Part shown: positions 8,093-17,153 of the stretch, piece after piece
How the letters are laid out: each line of letters opens with the position of its first letter
How positions within the stretch are numbered: the stretch's first letter is position 1
Origin: a bacterium
Lineage (GTDB): Bacteria > Patescibacteriota > Minisyncoccia > Phycocordibacterales > JBBTRF01
Reading direction: 5' to 3'
DNA length: 64,000 nucleotides
Assembly: GCA_037130265.1 (NCBI GenBank)
Contig: JBAXTI010000001.1
Location: forward strand, 32,418 to 96,417
Position numbers and translations under genes: made by a program
The notes under the pieces: model-generated
The model's input: the letters and a program-made list of their open reading frames with translations, nothing else
Database searches by the model: none
What the model was told of the DNA's origin: nothing

Positions 8093-10102
8093 TTAGTCGA
8101 AATAGAAAGAGCGGCCGGTGCGCGCGGGCCGCTGGTATTCGTACGAGGCCGCTTCAACATTGTGGTCGGCGATGTCGCCGAGAAATTCCGAAGGCACGTT
8201 CATGCGTTTGCTGCCGAAGATCGTGCGCACGCCAGCGAATGTGAGGTAGAGGCGCTTCTTCGCGCGAGTGAGGGCGACGTAGAAAAGTCGGCGCTCTTCT
8301 TCAGATTCGGACTCGCTCATACGTTCCTCGCTGAGTTTCAGGTGCGGGAAGAGATCTTGTTCGAGGCCGGTGATAAAAACGTGTTCAAATTCGAGACCTT
8401 TCGAGGCATGGACGGTCATGAGCTTCACGGCGTTCTTCGCTTCTTTCATTTCGTCTTGGTCAGATTGCAGCGCGGCTTCCTCGATTAGTTTTTCGAGGCC
8501 AGAAGCCGCGCTGGTTTCTGTGCCAAGCGTCACCGGCGGCAAATGATCGTACTTTGTCGAGAGTGTCACCAATTCCTGCAAGTTTTCGAGGCGCTCGAGG
8601 TCCTCATCGGTGCCTTTTTTGTATTCGGCCTCAAGACCGCTCGCTGAAACCACGAAGCGCATCACCGAAGATGGCTTCTCTCGAGTCGCGAGATCGCGGA
8701 TCTGTGTCAGTACGTTGCGGAAGCTTTGGATTTTGTCGCGCACTGCCCCACTCAGGCTCTCTTCCTGTCCGCTAAAGATCTTCAGCAAGGTCACTTTGCC
8801 AATGCCGCGCGGCGGTTCGTTGATGATGCGCTTCAAGTCGGCCAAGCCTTGCGGATTCAACGCCGCACGCAGATACGACAGTGCATCTTTGATTTCTTTG
8901 CGTTCAAAAAACTTCGTACCGAGTAGCTGGTATGGCACACTGTGCGCCAAAAAAGCTTCCTCGAGAATGCGCGATTGGAAGTTGGCACGAAACAGCACAG
9001 CGATCTCGTTTGGCTCTACTCCGCCACGGATTAGCTCATTGGATTTCTCCGCGATGTAGTGCGCCTCCTCGACTTCGTCATATCCCTCGAACATCACGAT
9101 CTTCTCCCCTGCTCCCTGACGAGTGAAGAGATTTTTCTCGCGACGCTTCTTGTTTTTCTTGATCACCGCGTTGGCCGTATCCAAAATAGTCTTGGTGGAG
9201 CGATAATTTTCTTCGAGCGTCACGACTTTCGCTTCTGGATAGTCTTTTTCGAAATCCATGATGTTCTTGATATCCGCGCCGCGCCAGCTGTAGATGTTTT
9301 GGTCGATGTCGCCGACCACGCAGAGGTTGCGGGTCTTGCTTGCGAGCAACTTGGCGATCATGTACTGCACTTTGTTGGTGTCCTGGTACTCGTCGATGTG
9401 GATATATTTCCAAATACCCTGATACCGCTCGAGCACTTCTTTGTGATCGCGCAACAGCAGCGCGCTTTTCAGGAGAAGGTCATCGAAATCGAGTGCCTGC
9501 TCTTTCTTTAGATGCTCCTCGTACTTTTTCCAGACGGTCGCGACGATGTTGGAGAAGTATTCGTTGCTGGTGAGTCGAGTAAACGCTTCGACGGTGGTGA
9601 GATTGCCCTTTTCGCGCGAGATAACACGGAGAATTTTGGCCGGCTCGAATTGTTTTGGATCAAGGCCAGCTTCAATGACCGCTGCTTTCACCGCGCTGGT
9701 AGCATCGGTCTTGTCGAAAATAGTGAAATGTCGATTGAGACCGATGAGTCGGCTGTTCTCTTTCAAAATATGTACCCCGAGCGCGTGAAAAGTGCTCACA
9801 AAGGGTTTTTCCTCAAAGCTCACCGGCATGTTGAGGCTCTCATCTTCCCGGATCAGCTTCAGCACGCGCTCGCGCATCTCCTTGGCTGCTTTGTTGGTGA
9901 ACGTGATCGCCAATACCTGGTGTGGCGCAATTCCCTGCTTTACGATGTGCAAAATACGATGGGTGACGGTCTTGGTTTTGCCTGCTCCTGCACCGGCGAG
10001 TATCAAAAGCGGTCCTTCAATCTGCAAAACCGCCGATTTTTGTTCGGAATTAAGACTCTCGAGATGTTTCACCCGAATACTATACCATGGGGACAGCGCC
10101 AT
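8093..10102 (-). CDS. pcrA: ATP-dependent DNA helicase PcrA/UvrD family
   Basis: Carries GAGAGKTKTVTHRI (Walker A), TFTNKAAKEMRERV and the later UvrD motifs. 669 aa. Confidence 0.9.
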   Translation of the reverse strand: MALSPWYSIRVKHLESLNSEQKSAVLQIEGPLLILAGAGAGKTKTVTHRILHIVKQGIAPHQVLAITFTNKAAKEMRERVLKLIREDESLNMPVSFEEKPFVSTFHALGVHILKENSRLIGLNRHFTIFDKTDATSAVKAAVIEAGLDPKQFEPAKILRVISREKGNLTTVEAFTRLTSNEYFSNIVATVWKKYEEHLKKEQALDFDDLLLKSALLLRDHKEVLERYQGIWKYIHIDEYQDTNKVQYMIAKLLASKTRNLCVVGDIDQNIYSWRGADIKNIMDFEKDYPEAKVVTLEENYRSTKTILDTANAVIKKNKKRREKNLFTRQGAGEKIVMFEGYDEVEEAHYIAEKSNELIRGGVEPNEIAVLFRANFQSRILEEAFLAHSVPYQLLGTKFFERKEIKDALSYLRAALNPQGLADLKRIINEPPRGIGKVTLLKIFSGQEESLSGAVRDKIQSFRNVLTQIRDLATREKPSSVMRFVVSASGLEAEYKKGTDEDLERLENLQELVTLSTKYDHLPPVTLGTETSAASGLEKLIEEAALQSDQDEMKEAKNAVKLMTVHASKGLEFEHVFITGLEQDLFPHLKLSEERMSESESEEERRLFYVALTRAKKRLYLTFAGVRTIFGSKRMNVPSEFLGDIADHNVEAASYEYQRPARTGRSFYFD

Positions 10103-10140
10103 TGACTTCTAGGGGGTATCCGATAGACTTTAATTGACCC

Positions 10141-11307
10141 TTGCAGGGTAGGTCTACGGGAATACAGAATGGCTCTACACAGCCATCTAATGACAGAAAC
10201 GCGTGTTTAGTCTCTAATTCGAAGCGTATTTTTAAGAACCTCAAAAAAACGGCTCTACTTAGGCTTTTTTCTACGAAAGCTAGCCTCGCCGTACCTGTAG
10301 GCGTTTTCCTAGTGGGAATCGCTGTCTTTCCACAGCCTTTACTCGCGAAGGCTTTTTCGATTTTTGCCGATCTTTTCGCCGCTGAAAAGTCATCTGCAAA
10401 AACAATAGTACTGGTCCGAAATTCCCAAAACATGGCTCTGTTGAGTGCTGAAATGAGCCCAGAGCCCGGTTTTGCTCGTGGCGGCGGGGATATTACTGTT
10501 GTGAGTGGTAATACCTTGGTGGCCGAGAGCGGTCCTTTGGGTACCATGGGAAACATCGATGACTTTCCTCTCTATCAGCGCATCAGTTTGTACACTGTTC
10601 GCGAGGGCGACACCTTGACACAGATCGCTAAAATGTATGGTATTTCGGTAAACACCATCGTGTGGGCGAACAGTTTGAGCGGAAAATCTATCCAACTTGG
10701 ACAGACACTCACCATCCTCCCTATTTCCGGCATCGCGCACACTGCAGGCAAGGGTGATACCTTGAAGAGTATCGCCAAGAAATACAAAACTGACGTCGCC
10801 GAACTCGCGCTTTTTAATGATCTTAGCGAAGACAGCGTGATCACTGAAGGTGTGGTGGTCACTATTCCCGAAGGAGAGACTGTGGTGGTGCCTGCGGCGG
10901 TCGGCAAGACTCCTGCCAAGGCCACCAAACCGAATGGCGCACATGACACGAATGGTCCAGAATACCCGGGATATTATTTGCGTCCAACCAACGGTATTAA
11001 GACTCAAGGCCTCCACGGTTACAACGGCATCGACATTGGTTCCTCTATCGGTACGCCAATTCGAGCATCTGCAGCCGGAGACGTCATTATTTCTCGCAAT
11101 AGCGGTTGGAACGGTGGGTACGGCAACTATGTGGTGATCAGTCACTCAAACGGTACTCAGACCTTGTACGCACACATGAAGCAGACTGTCGTATCTGTCG
11201 GCGAGCGAATTTCTCAGGGGGATATCATCGGTTCGGTCGGTTCCACTGGTAATTCGACCGGGCCACACATCCACTTTGAAATTCGAGGTGCACACAATCC
11301 GTTCTAA
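10141..11307 (+). CDS. LysM-domain M23 family metallopeptidase (peptidoglycan hydrolase)
   Basis: Two LysM repeats (YTVREGDTLTQIAKMYGISVNTIVWAN..., HTAGKGDTLKSIAKKYKTDVAELALFN). C-terminal M23 signature (HGYNGIDIG...GYGNYVVISHSNG...STGPHIHFEI). Start is uncertain: a TTG at 10141 gives an N-terminal TM anchor, and the next in-frame ATG is at 10432. Confidence 0.8.
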   Translation: MQGRSTGIQNGSTQPSNDRNACLVSNSKRIFKNLKKTALLRLFSTKASLAVPVGVFLVGIAVFPQPLLAKAFSIFADLFAAEKSSAKTIVLVRNSQNMALLSAEMSPEPGFARGGGDITVVSGNTLVAESGPLGTMGNIDDFPLYQRISLYTVREGDTLTQIAKMYGISVNTIVWANSLSGKSIQLGQTLTILPISGIAHTAGKGDTLKSIAKKYKTDVAELALFNDLSEDSVITEGVVVTIPEGETVVVPAAVGKTPAKATKPNGAHDTNGPEYPGYYLRPTNGIKTQGLHGYNGIDIGSSIGTPIRASAAGDVIISRNSGWNGGYGNYVVISHSNGTQTLYAHMKQTVVSVGERISQGDIIGSVGSTGNSTGPHIHFEIRGAHNPF

Positions 11308-11347
11308 ATCGTTTTTTCAGAGACGGTCTGTAGTGTAAGATATCAAT

Positions 11348-12406
11348 ATGAACGCTGATGTACGACCTAAGGAAGAATATCAAATTGAATTTTTGGCGGA
11401 CGATGTAATGTTTGATCCGCTCTCTTTGTGTACGGAGGCGTTGTTTACGCAATCGGATCTGTATTACCGCTGGCAGTTATCGGCAGGAAAAGTCGCAAAA
11501 CATTTTTTAGTGAAGGACGGCTCTCGAAATGTGGCCTATGCTCAGTGTTTCTTCACCCCCGTTAGATTTTTGGGAGGGCGTGGGTATTGGTATGCTCCCT
11601 ATGGACCGGTGTGCGCCGTTGGTGCCGACAGGGCACGAATTATCAAGGCTGTCTCGAAGGCTTTTTCAGTGCTTGTTTCGGAGCCTGCCACACGCTCTGC
11701 GTTTTTCCGATTTGATTTTTACCCGGCTATTCCTCAACAGATTGTGTCGCCTACCTTTCGATTCTTGATGGACGGTTCGCTCCAGCCGCGTTCAGAGTGG
11801 TTGTTGGCATTGCAAAAGGATGAAGCCGGGTTGCTCGAGGGTATGCACCCGAAAGCGCGTTACTCTATCCAACATGCCCAGCGCAAAGGTGTCTCCATCC
11901 AGATCATCTCGGAGAAATATAGCGACCATCTCGAGACATTTTGTGCGCTCATGCAACAGACTGCGCAACGTGACGGCTTCACTCCTCATGCTGATGCGTA
12001 CTACCAAGCACTTTTTTCTGAACTTGATCGCTCGAAACAGGGATTTTTGGTAATCGGTTCATATGTAGGAGAGCCGGTATCGGTGGCACTGATGCTTGGG
12101 TACGGGAAGACTGCAACCTACGTCTTCGGGGCATCTTCCGACGCTCATCGAAACGTTTCGGCCCCTGCATTGGTACAGTGGGCTGCAATTTTAGAGGCAA
12201 AACGCTGCGGGTACGCTGAATACAGTTTTGGCGGTGTCTCTTCTGAGCGCTTTCCTGTGAAGACTTGGGACGGTATCACTATGTTCAAGCGACGTTTCGG
12301 TGGACACGAGCAGGATCATTCTCTCATCGTTGATGCGGTGTTTCAGCCGATTTGGTACGGGGTGTTTGTGGCTCGAAAATGGGCAAAGCGCTATCTTCAT
12401 ATATAA
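11348..12406 (+). CDS. FemAB family peptidoglycan interpeptide-bridge aminoacyltransferase
   Basis: FemAB-like length and motifs (GYAEYSFGGVS, FKRRFGG). Confidence 0.75.
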   Translation: MNADVRPKEEYQIEFLADDVMFDPLSLCTEALFTQSDLYYRWQLSAGKVAKHFLVKDGSRNVAYAQCFFTPVRFLGGRGYWYAPYGPVCAVGADRARIIKAVSKAFSVLVSEPATRSAFFRFDFYPAIPQQIVSPTFRFLMDGSLQPRSEWLLALQKDEAGLLEGMHPKARYSIQHAQRKGVSIQIISEKYSDHLETFCALMQQTAQRDGFTPHADAYYQALFSELDRSKQGFLVIGSYVGEPVSVALMLGYGKTATYVFGASSDAHRNVSAPALVQWAAILEAKRCGYAEYSFGGVSSERFPVKTWDGITMFKRRFGGHEQDHSLIVDAVFQPIWYGVFVARKWAKRYLHI

Positions 12407-12413
12407 TTCGAAT

Positions 12414-13769
12414 ATGAAAACGTTTCTCAAACGCATTATTCCGCTGCAGATCTTTTCTGCGTATTATTGGCTGTTTTCCGTGTTGGGTGCATTGCTATAC
12501 GGCTTCCCTTCGCGAAAAATGATTGTCGTCGGCATCACGGGTACCAAAGGCAAGACATCGACGGCCAATTTTATCTGGTCGTGTGCTATGGCGGCAAACA
12601 TGAAGGCCGGGATCATCACTACTGCCAATATCCGTATTGGCAATGAAGAGTCGATGAATCACTACCACATGACCATGCCTGGCCGCTTCGCTATTCAGCG
12701 CACAATGCGAGAAATGGTGAAAAAGGGTTGCAAGGTCTGTGTTGTTGAAACGACCTCAGAAGGTTTGAAGCAGTGGCGGCACGCGGGTATCGACTACGAT
12801 GTGGCGATTTTCACCAATCTCACCCCTGAGCACCTTCCTTCTCATGGCGGTAGTTTTGAGGCATACAAACGGGCAAAGGGAGCACTTTTTAGCTCACTTC
12901 ATCGGTCGAAGCATAAAGTGCTCGACGGTGTGTCTGTGCAGAAAATCGTCTTGGCAAACAATGACAGTGAGCACGCACCCTATTACTTGAGTCTGGCTTC
13001 AGGTATTGCACATACTTTTTCTATACATGCAGCCTCTGATACAAAGGCGGAACGCATTCTCGAAAGTCATGAGGGTGTGACATTTGATGTGTGCGGTGCA
13101 GGGAATCATAATTGCGTTTCATATCGACTCTCGGTACTAGGTGCATTCAATGTATACAATGCACTCCCCGCTCTCGCTTTGATGAAACTTTGGAATGTTT
13201 CAGAGGAGCAAGTTCAGGCTGGATTGAAAGCACTTACTCTTATCCCAGGTCGGATGGAAGTTGTGTGTTCCCCAGTTGTTACGCACAGCGACAAAAGTGT
13301 CGTCTTCCCTGCGACCGTGATCGTGGACTATGCTCACGAGGGTCAAAGTATGGGCGTTGCAACAGATGCTTCGCGCAAGATGCTTGGCGTAGGCGGCAAA
13401 TTAATCGTCCTCCTTGGTGCTGAGGGTGGTGGACGAGACAAAGCGAAGCGAAAGGATATGGGTGAGGTGGTCGCAAAGAATGCGGATATCGTGGTGGTGA
13501 GCGATGTTGATCCCTACGAAGATGACCCTGTCGAGATTTGTGAAGATATTGCGAAGACGGTGGAGGCTGCTGGCAAAAAGCGTGGCATGAATTTGTTTGT
13601 GATCGGCGATCGTCGTGCTGGTATCGCTAAAGCTTTGTCTCTCGCCGAGACAGGAGATATTGTACTTGTTACCGGTAAGGGTGCGGAGCAGTCGATGGTG
13701 ATAAAAGGCGGTTCGATTCCCTGGGACGATCGTGTTGTGGTGCGTGAAGAATTTGCGAAGCGCGTGTAA
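12414..13769 (+). CDS. murE: Mur ligase, MurE-like (UDP-MurNAc-L-Ala-D-Glu:L-Lys/DAP ligase) with N-terminal TM helix
   Basis: Carries VGITGTKGKTST, TNLTPEHLPSHGG, GRMEVV, DYAHEG, LLGAEGGGRDKAKR and VLVTGKGAEQ. The order and spacing match MurE. Start at ATG 12414. The track's GTG at 12300 overlaps femAB. Confidence 0.65.
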   Translation: MKTFLKRIIPLQIFSAYYWLFSVLGALLYGFPSRKMIVVGITGTKGKTSTANFIWSCAMAANMKAGIITTANIRIGNEESMNHYHMTMPGRFAIQRTMREMVKKGCKVCVVETTSEGLKQWRHAGIDYDVAIFTNLTPEHLPSHGGSFEAYKRAKGALFSSLHRSKHKVLDGVSVQKIVLANNDSEHAPYYLSLASGIAHTFSIHAASDTKAERILESHEGVTFDVCGAGNHNCVSYRLSVLGAFNVYNALPALALMKLWNVSEEQVQAGLKALTLIPGRMEVVCSPVVTHSDKSVVFPATVIVDYAHEGQSMGVATDASRKMLGVGGKLIVLLGAEGGGRDKAKRKDMGEVVAKNADIVVVSDVDPYEDDPVEICEDIAKTVEAAGKKRGMNLFVIGDRRAGIAKALSLAETGDIVLVTGKGAEQSMVIKGGSIPWDDRVVVREEFAKRV

Positions 13770-13790
13770 TTTTCTGACCCCCGGCCTTTC

Positions 13791-15329
13791 TTATTTGAGG
13801 GGTGTTTGTCGATATTGTAAGGCTTCGAGAATATGCCCTTCTTCCACTTGAGTCGATCTTTCTAGGTCTGCAATGGTTCTGGCTACTCGTAACGTCCGAT
13901 GAAAACCACGTGTAGAGATGGCGAGTGAGTTTGCTTGTTTTGTCAGCAAAGCGATGGCCGTGTCGCTGGCATTGAGGTGAGTACTCTCTGTGCTTGCTTT
14001 CTGTTTGCGCTCCAGGTGCTTCACTCGGACTTCTGAGAGCGCCTTTTTGATGTCTCTGGCTAGAGCTGTTGTGTCGACAGGCTTTTTCTCAGTCATTTCT
14101 ATGTACGAATGTTTCGGCTGCTCTACGCGTACCCAGATATCGATACGATCGATGATCGGTCCTGAGACTTTCTCAGCGTATTTTCGTAGCATTGGTTGGC
14201 TACAAGTGCATGGGTGGGTGCTCGTGCCACGGTATCCGCACGGGCACGGATTCATGGCGAGGATCACGATACAGTCGGCTGGTAATTCTCTATGTTGTTC
14301 GGCTCTCGCAATCCGCACTACTCTTTCTTCCATCGGTTGGCGTAAGGCCTCCACTACTCGACGGTCGAATTCTGGAAATTCGTCCAGAAACAAAATACCT
14401 TTGTGTGCCAAGGTGATCTCGCCGATTGGCTGCTTGTTTCCCCCACCGATCACTGCTGCATACGACGCGCTATGGTGTGGTGCTCGAAAGGGCGGCCGTT
14501 GTGAATCTTTACTGAGCGAGTTTCCGAAAGAATGTATTGCAAGCACCTCGAGCTTTTCTGGGTCGGTGAGATCAGGAATGATGGAATGTGCGCTGCGAGC
14601 TAAAAGAGTCTTCCCTGTTCCTGGTGGGCCGACAAAAGCGATGGAGTGCCGGCCCGCCAATGCAATCTGCAACGCACGTTTCCCTGCCTCTTGCCCGACG
14701 ATTTTTTCAATAGAAAAATCCGACATATTATCTCCGACAGGCCCTGTCGGTACCGCTACTATCGGTGCTGGTATCGATACTGGAAGTGATGCCTTCCCTT
14801 CCAAGTGTTGCACCACCTCACGTAATGTCGCGGCTCCATGAACGGAAAGGTTGGCCACGAGACAGGCTTCGGTGGCATTGTCCTTCGATACAAATAGATG
14901 CGTGATACCCTGCTCTTTGGCTGTCTTGGCAATCGACAAAATACCGCGGATTCCTCGAATGTTGCCATCGAGTGCTAGTTCGCCAATGAATAGCATTTCT
15001 TCAGCACGAGCGCAGGCTTCGCTGCTCGGCCTCAGGTCTTGAGTGGCGATGAGGTAGCCAATGGCCATGGCGAGGTCGAAACCGGTCCCTTCTTTTGGCA
15101 ACTGGGCGGGAGCAAGGGATATTACCACCTTTTCGTTGCGGCTTTTCGGAGATTTGTACCCGGAATGCTTGATGGCCGCGGCAATTCGATCTTTCGCTTC
15201 GGCCAAAGCTTTGTCAGCCATTCCAACAATCGAAAAAGCATGCAAGCCACGAGAAATGTCCACTTCTACATGGATGATCTGTCCGTCGAGGCAATCGTTT
15301 TGTGCGCTTAGTACTTTTGCAATCTTCAT
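13791..15329 (-). CDS. comM: YifB/ComM family Mg-chelatase-like AAA+ ATPase
   Basis: N-terminal Lon-like domain, GPPGTGKT Walker A and C-terminal ChlI-like region. 512 aa. Confidence 0.85.
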   Translation of the reverse strand: MKIAKVLSAQNDCLDGQIIHVEVDISRGLHAFSIVGMADKALAEAKDRIAAAIKHSGYKSPKSRNEKVVISLAPAQLPKEGTGFDLAMAIGYLIATQDLRPSSEACARAEEMLFIGELALDGNIRGIRGILSIAKTAKEQGITHLFVSKDNATEACLVANLSVHGAATLREVVQHLEGKASLPVSIPAPIVAVPTGPVGDNMSDFSIEKIVGQEAGKRALQIALAGRHSIAFVGPPGTGKTLLARSAHSIIPDLTDPEKLEVLAIHSFGNSLSKDSQRPPFRAPHHSASYAAVIGGGNKQPIGEITLAHKGILFLDEFPEFDRRVVEALRQPMEERVVRIARAEQHRELPADCIVILAMNPCPCGYRGTSTHPCTCSQPMLRKYAEKVSGPIIDRIDIWVRVEQPKHSYIEMTEKKPVDTTALARDIKKALSEVRVKHLERKQKASTESTHLNASDTAIALLTKQANSLAISTRGFHRTLRVARTIADLERSTQVEEGHILEALQYRQTPLK

Positions 15330-15435
15330 GCAAAAAGTATCGCATAGTGACGATAGAGAAACTGCTAAGAAAGGATAAAGAAATCGCTCATTTCCGATAA
15401 GGAAATTCTAAAGAAAATGTTCGCGTAATAGAGAG

Positions 15436-15786
15436 CTACTTCATGTGCGCCACACAAGTAGTGGCGGCGACATTTGCACTCAATCGGCCGTCTTCAATCG
15501 GTCCCTGGCAGACTTCACACTTACCGTAAGAACCGTTCTCGATGTTGCCTAGTGCATGTCGAAGGTCACGAAGTCGCATCTCGAGCGTTGCGGCAATTGC
15601 CTCATGACCCTCCATCTCCTCTAGGTCTTCAGCGGTTTCAAGCTCGTCCGCCTTGTCGGTGTCGAGATTTTCGCGTTTTGCGATCCATTCCCCTGGCCTT
15701 GCAGGGTCTGGTTGAGCAACGCTATTGAGCTCGCTTTCTACCTTCTCAATCTCCGTTTCAATCAGTGTTTTTGGGTCGTTTTTCAT
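15436..15786 (-). CDS. DksA/TraR family C4-type zinc-finger protein
   Basis: Acidic coiled-coil N-terminus. C-terminal CxxC...CxxC (CEVCQGPIE...CVAH). Confidence 0.7.
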   Translation of the reverse strand: MKNDPKTLIETEIEKVESELNSVAQPDPARPGEWIAKRENLDTDKADELETAEDLEEMEGHEAIAATLEMRLRDLRHALGNIENGSYGKCEVCQGPIEDGRLSANVAATTCVAHMK

Positions 15787-15793
15787 ACGAATA

Positions 15794-17128
15794 TTATCTC
15801 ACAAATTGCGCCTTAATCAAACGAGCGGATACGTCCTTTAGTGTGGCCTCATCACTCGTGATGAGTATTGTTTTTGTATCTAGAAAAGCATATAAAAGGA
15901 CCACGTTTCCCTTTAGGTCGCGCACTGCACGGATCTCCTTGTTCTGCAGGATCGCGTCCTCGAACTTATAGGTAAGATTTCCACCACCGATAGTGTAAAG
16001 TGGTGGGGCCACACGGTCCGCTGTACGTAAAAAGATGCTCTGTAGGTCACGGATCATCATTGGTTCCCAACGGAACATGCCAGACAGGGCCACCTCAAAG
16101 GAGTTGGTCTTCACGATTAGAAATGGCTGATTGCCGTGCACAGCATTGATGCCAAAATAGAAACTTTGGTCGAGTGATCGTAGTAGGGTGTCGGGAAGAT
16201 TGGCATTGATTTGGCGAAAAAATTCTTCAGTGGTGAGGGGTACTGTTTTTTCGCTGCCATCAGCCAATGTAACGGTGTCTTTTGAGATTGGAATCAGACG
16301 TTCCACAGAACTGAGTGGTGCAGTGGAATTTTGTACAGTCGAATAGAGCTGCGTAGATAGGCCGCCTGAGCCGCCGCTCGCTACGAGTTCAGTAATCTTC
16401 TCAGCCTGTACTGGGTCACGCTGTTTCTGCTCGATAATCACTCGATTCTTCGCTTTGTACGTCGAATACGCATACCAGCTGCCGATACTGCCAATAAGGA
16501 TGAGTGAGACACTGATCGCAATGATAATGACGTTACGGGAGGTCTCGGTAATTCCGCCGGCATCGCCGGTCTGCGAGACACGGCGGGCATTTTCTGCTGC
16601 TGCGATAGAGGTGATTGACGCGCCGTTCCTTACACTCGATGCAATGTCTTCTTTGTACGTATGAATCGATTTTATTTGCGACGGCGCTGGTTTTTTATCC
16701 ACAGCGACCGGGATTGCAGGTTGTGGTGCGGCCTCGGGTATACGCGGCGCTTCAACGACTGGGTCAATTTTTCGATACACGGCCCGCTCGATCACTTCAC
16801 GGTTGCTGCCAGTATAGGGATTGATTGTTGGCCGAACTGGGGCGAATTGTTCGAGGCCCGTGATTTCCCTCGGTTCAGAGAGAATGTGCTGTTCCAGGGG
16901 GCTTTTTGCTCGTAAAACTGCTTCAAACGGCTTTCCTTGGGCACGAGCAGCGTCTTGCTGAAGTGTGCGGATTGAGTTGAAGGCATTGCCTGTTGGACGT
17001 GGAGAAGATGGAGCGGCTGCTGTCGACAACGTGGAATTTTGCGCAGAAAAAGCTGCTGAGGCGCGCTTTTCGTCGTTCGCCCTCTTGATTTCTTCGAGAT
17101 CAATGATGCCAGGGTGCGGAGCTTGCAT
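15794..17128 (-). CDS. hypothetical single-pass membrane protein
   Basis: 444 aa with one central TM helix. No recognisable catalytic motifs. Confidence 0.5.
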   Translation of the reverse strand: MQAPHPGIIDLEEIKRANDEKRASAAFSAQNSTLSTAAAPSSPRPTGNAFNSIRTLQQDAARAQGKPFEAVLRAKSPLEQHILSEPREITGLEQFAPVRPTINPYTGSNREVIERAVYRKIDPVVEAPRIPEAAPQPAIPVAVDKKPAPSQIKSIHTYKEDIASSVRNGASITSIAAAENARRVSQTGDAGGITETSRNVIIIAISVSLILIGSIGSWYAYSTYKAKNRVIIEQKQRDPVQAEKITELVASGGSGGLSTQLYSTVQNSTAPLSSVERLIPISKDTVTLADGSEKTVPLTTEEFFRQINANLPDTLLRSLDQSFYFGINAVHGNQPFLIVKTNSFEVALSGMFRWEPMMIRDLQSIFLRTADRVAPPLYTIGGGNLTYKFEDAILQNKEIRAVRDLKGNVVLLYAFLDTKTILITSDEATLKDVSARLIKAQFVR

Positions 17129-17153
17129 ATTGAGCTATTATAGCAAAGATTTT

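Noticed and set aside
12300-12413. Track start GTG 12300 for the Mur ligase, and track starts 48122 (recJ), 34407 (rsmE), 39686 (nusA), 23597 (xth), 20279 (rpsO), 34421 (clpP), 55033 (M50) and 56931 (membrane protein)
   Set aside because: These longest-ORF starts overlap upstream genes, terminators or divergent promoters. Internal ATGs give canonical N-termini and sit 6-11 nt after extended -10 boxes.
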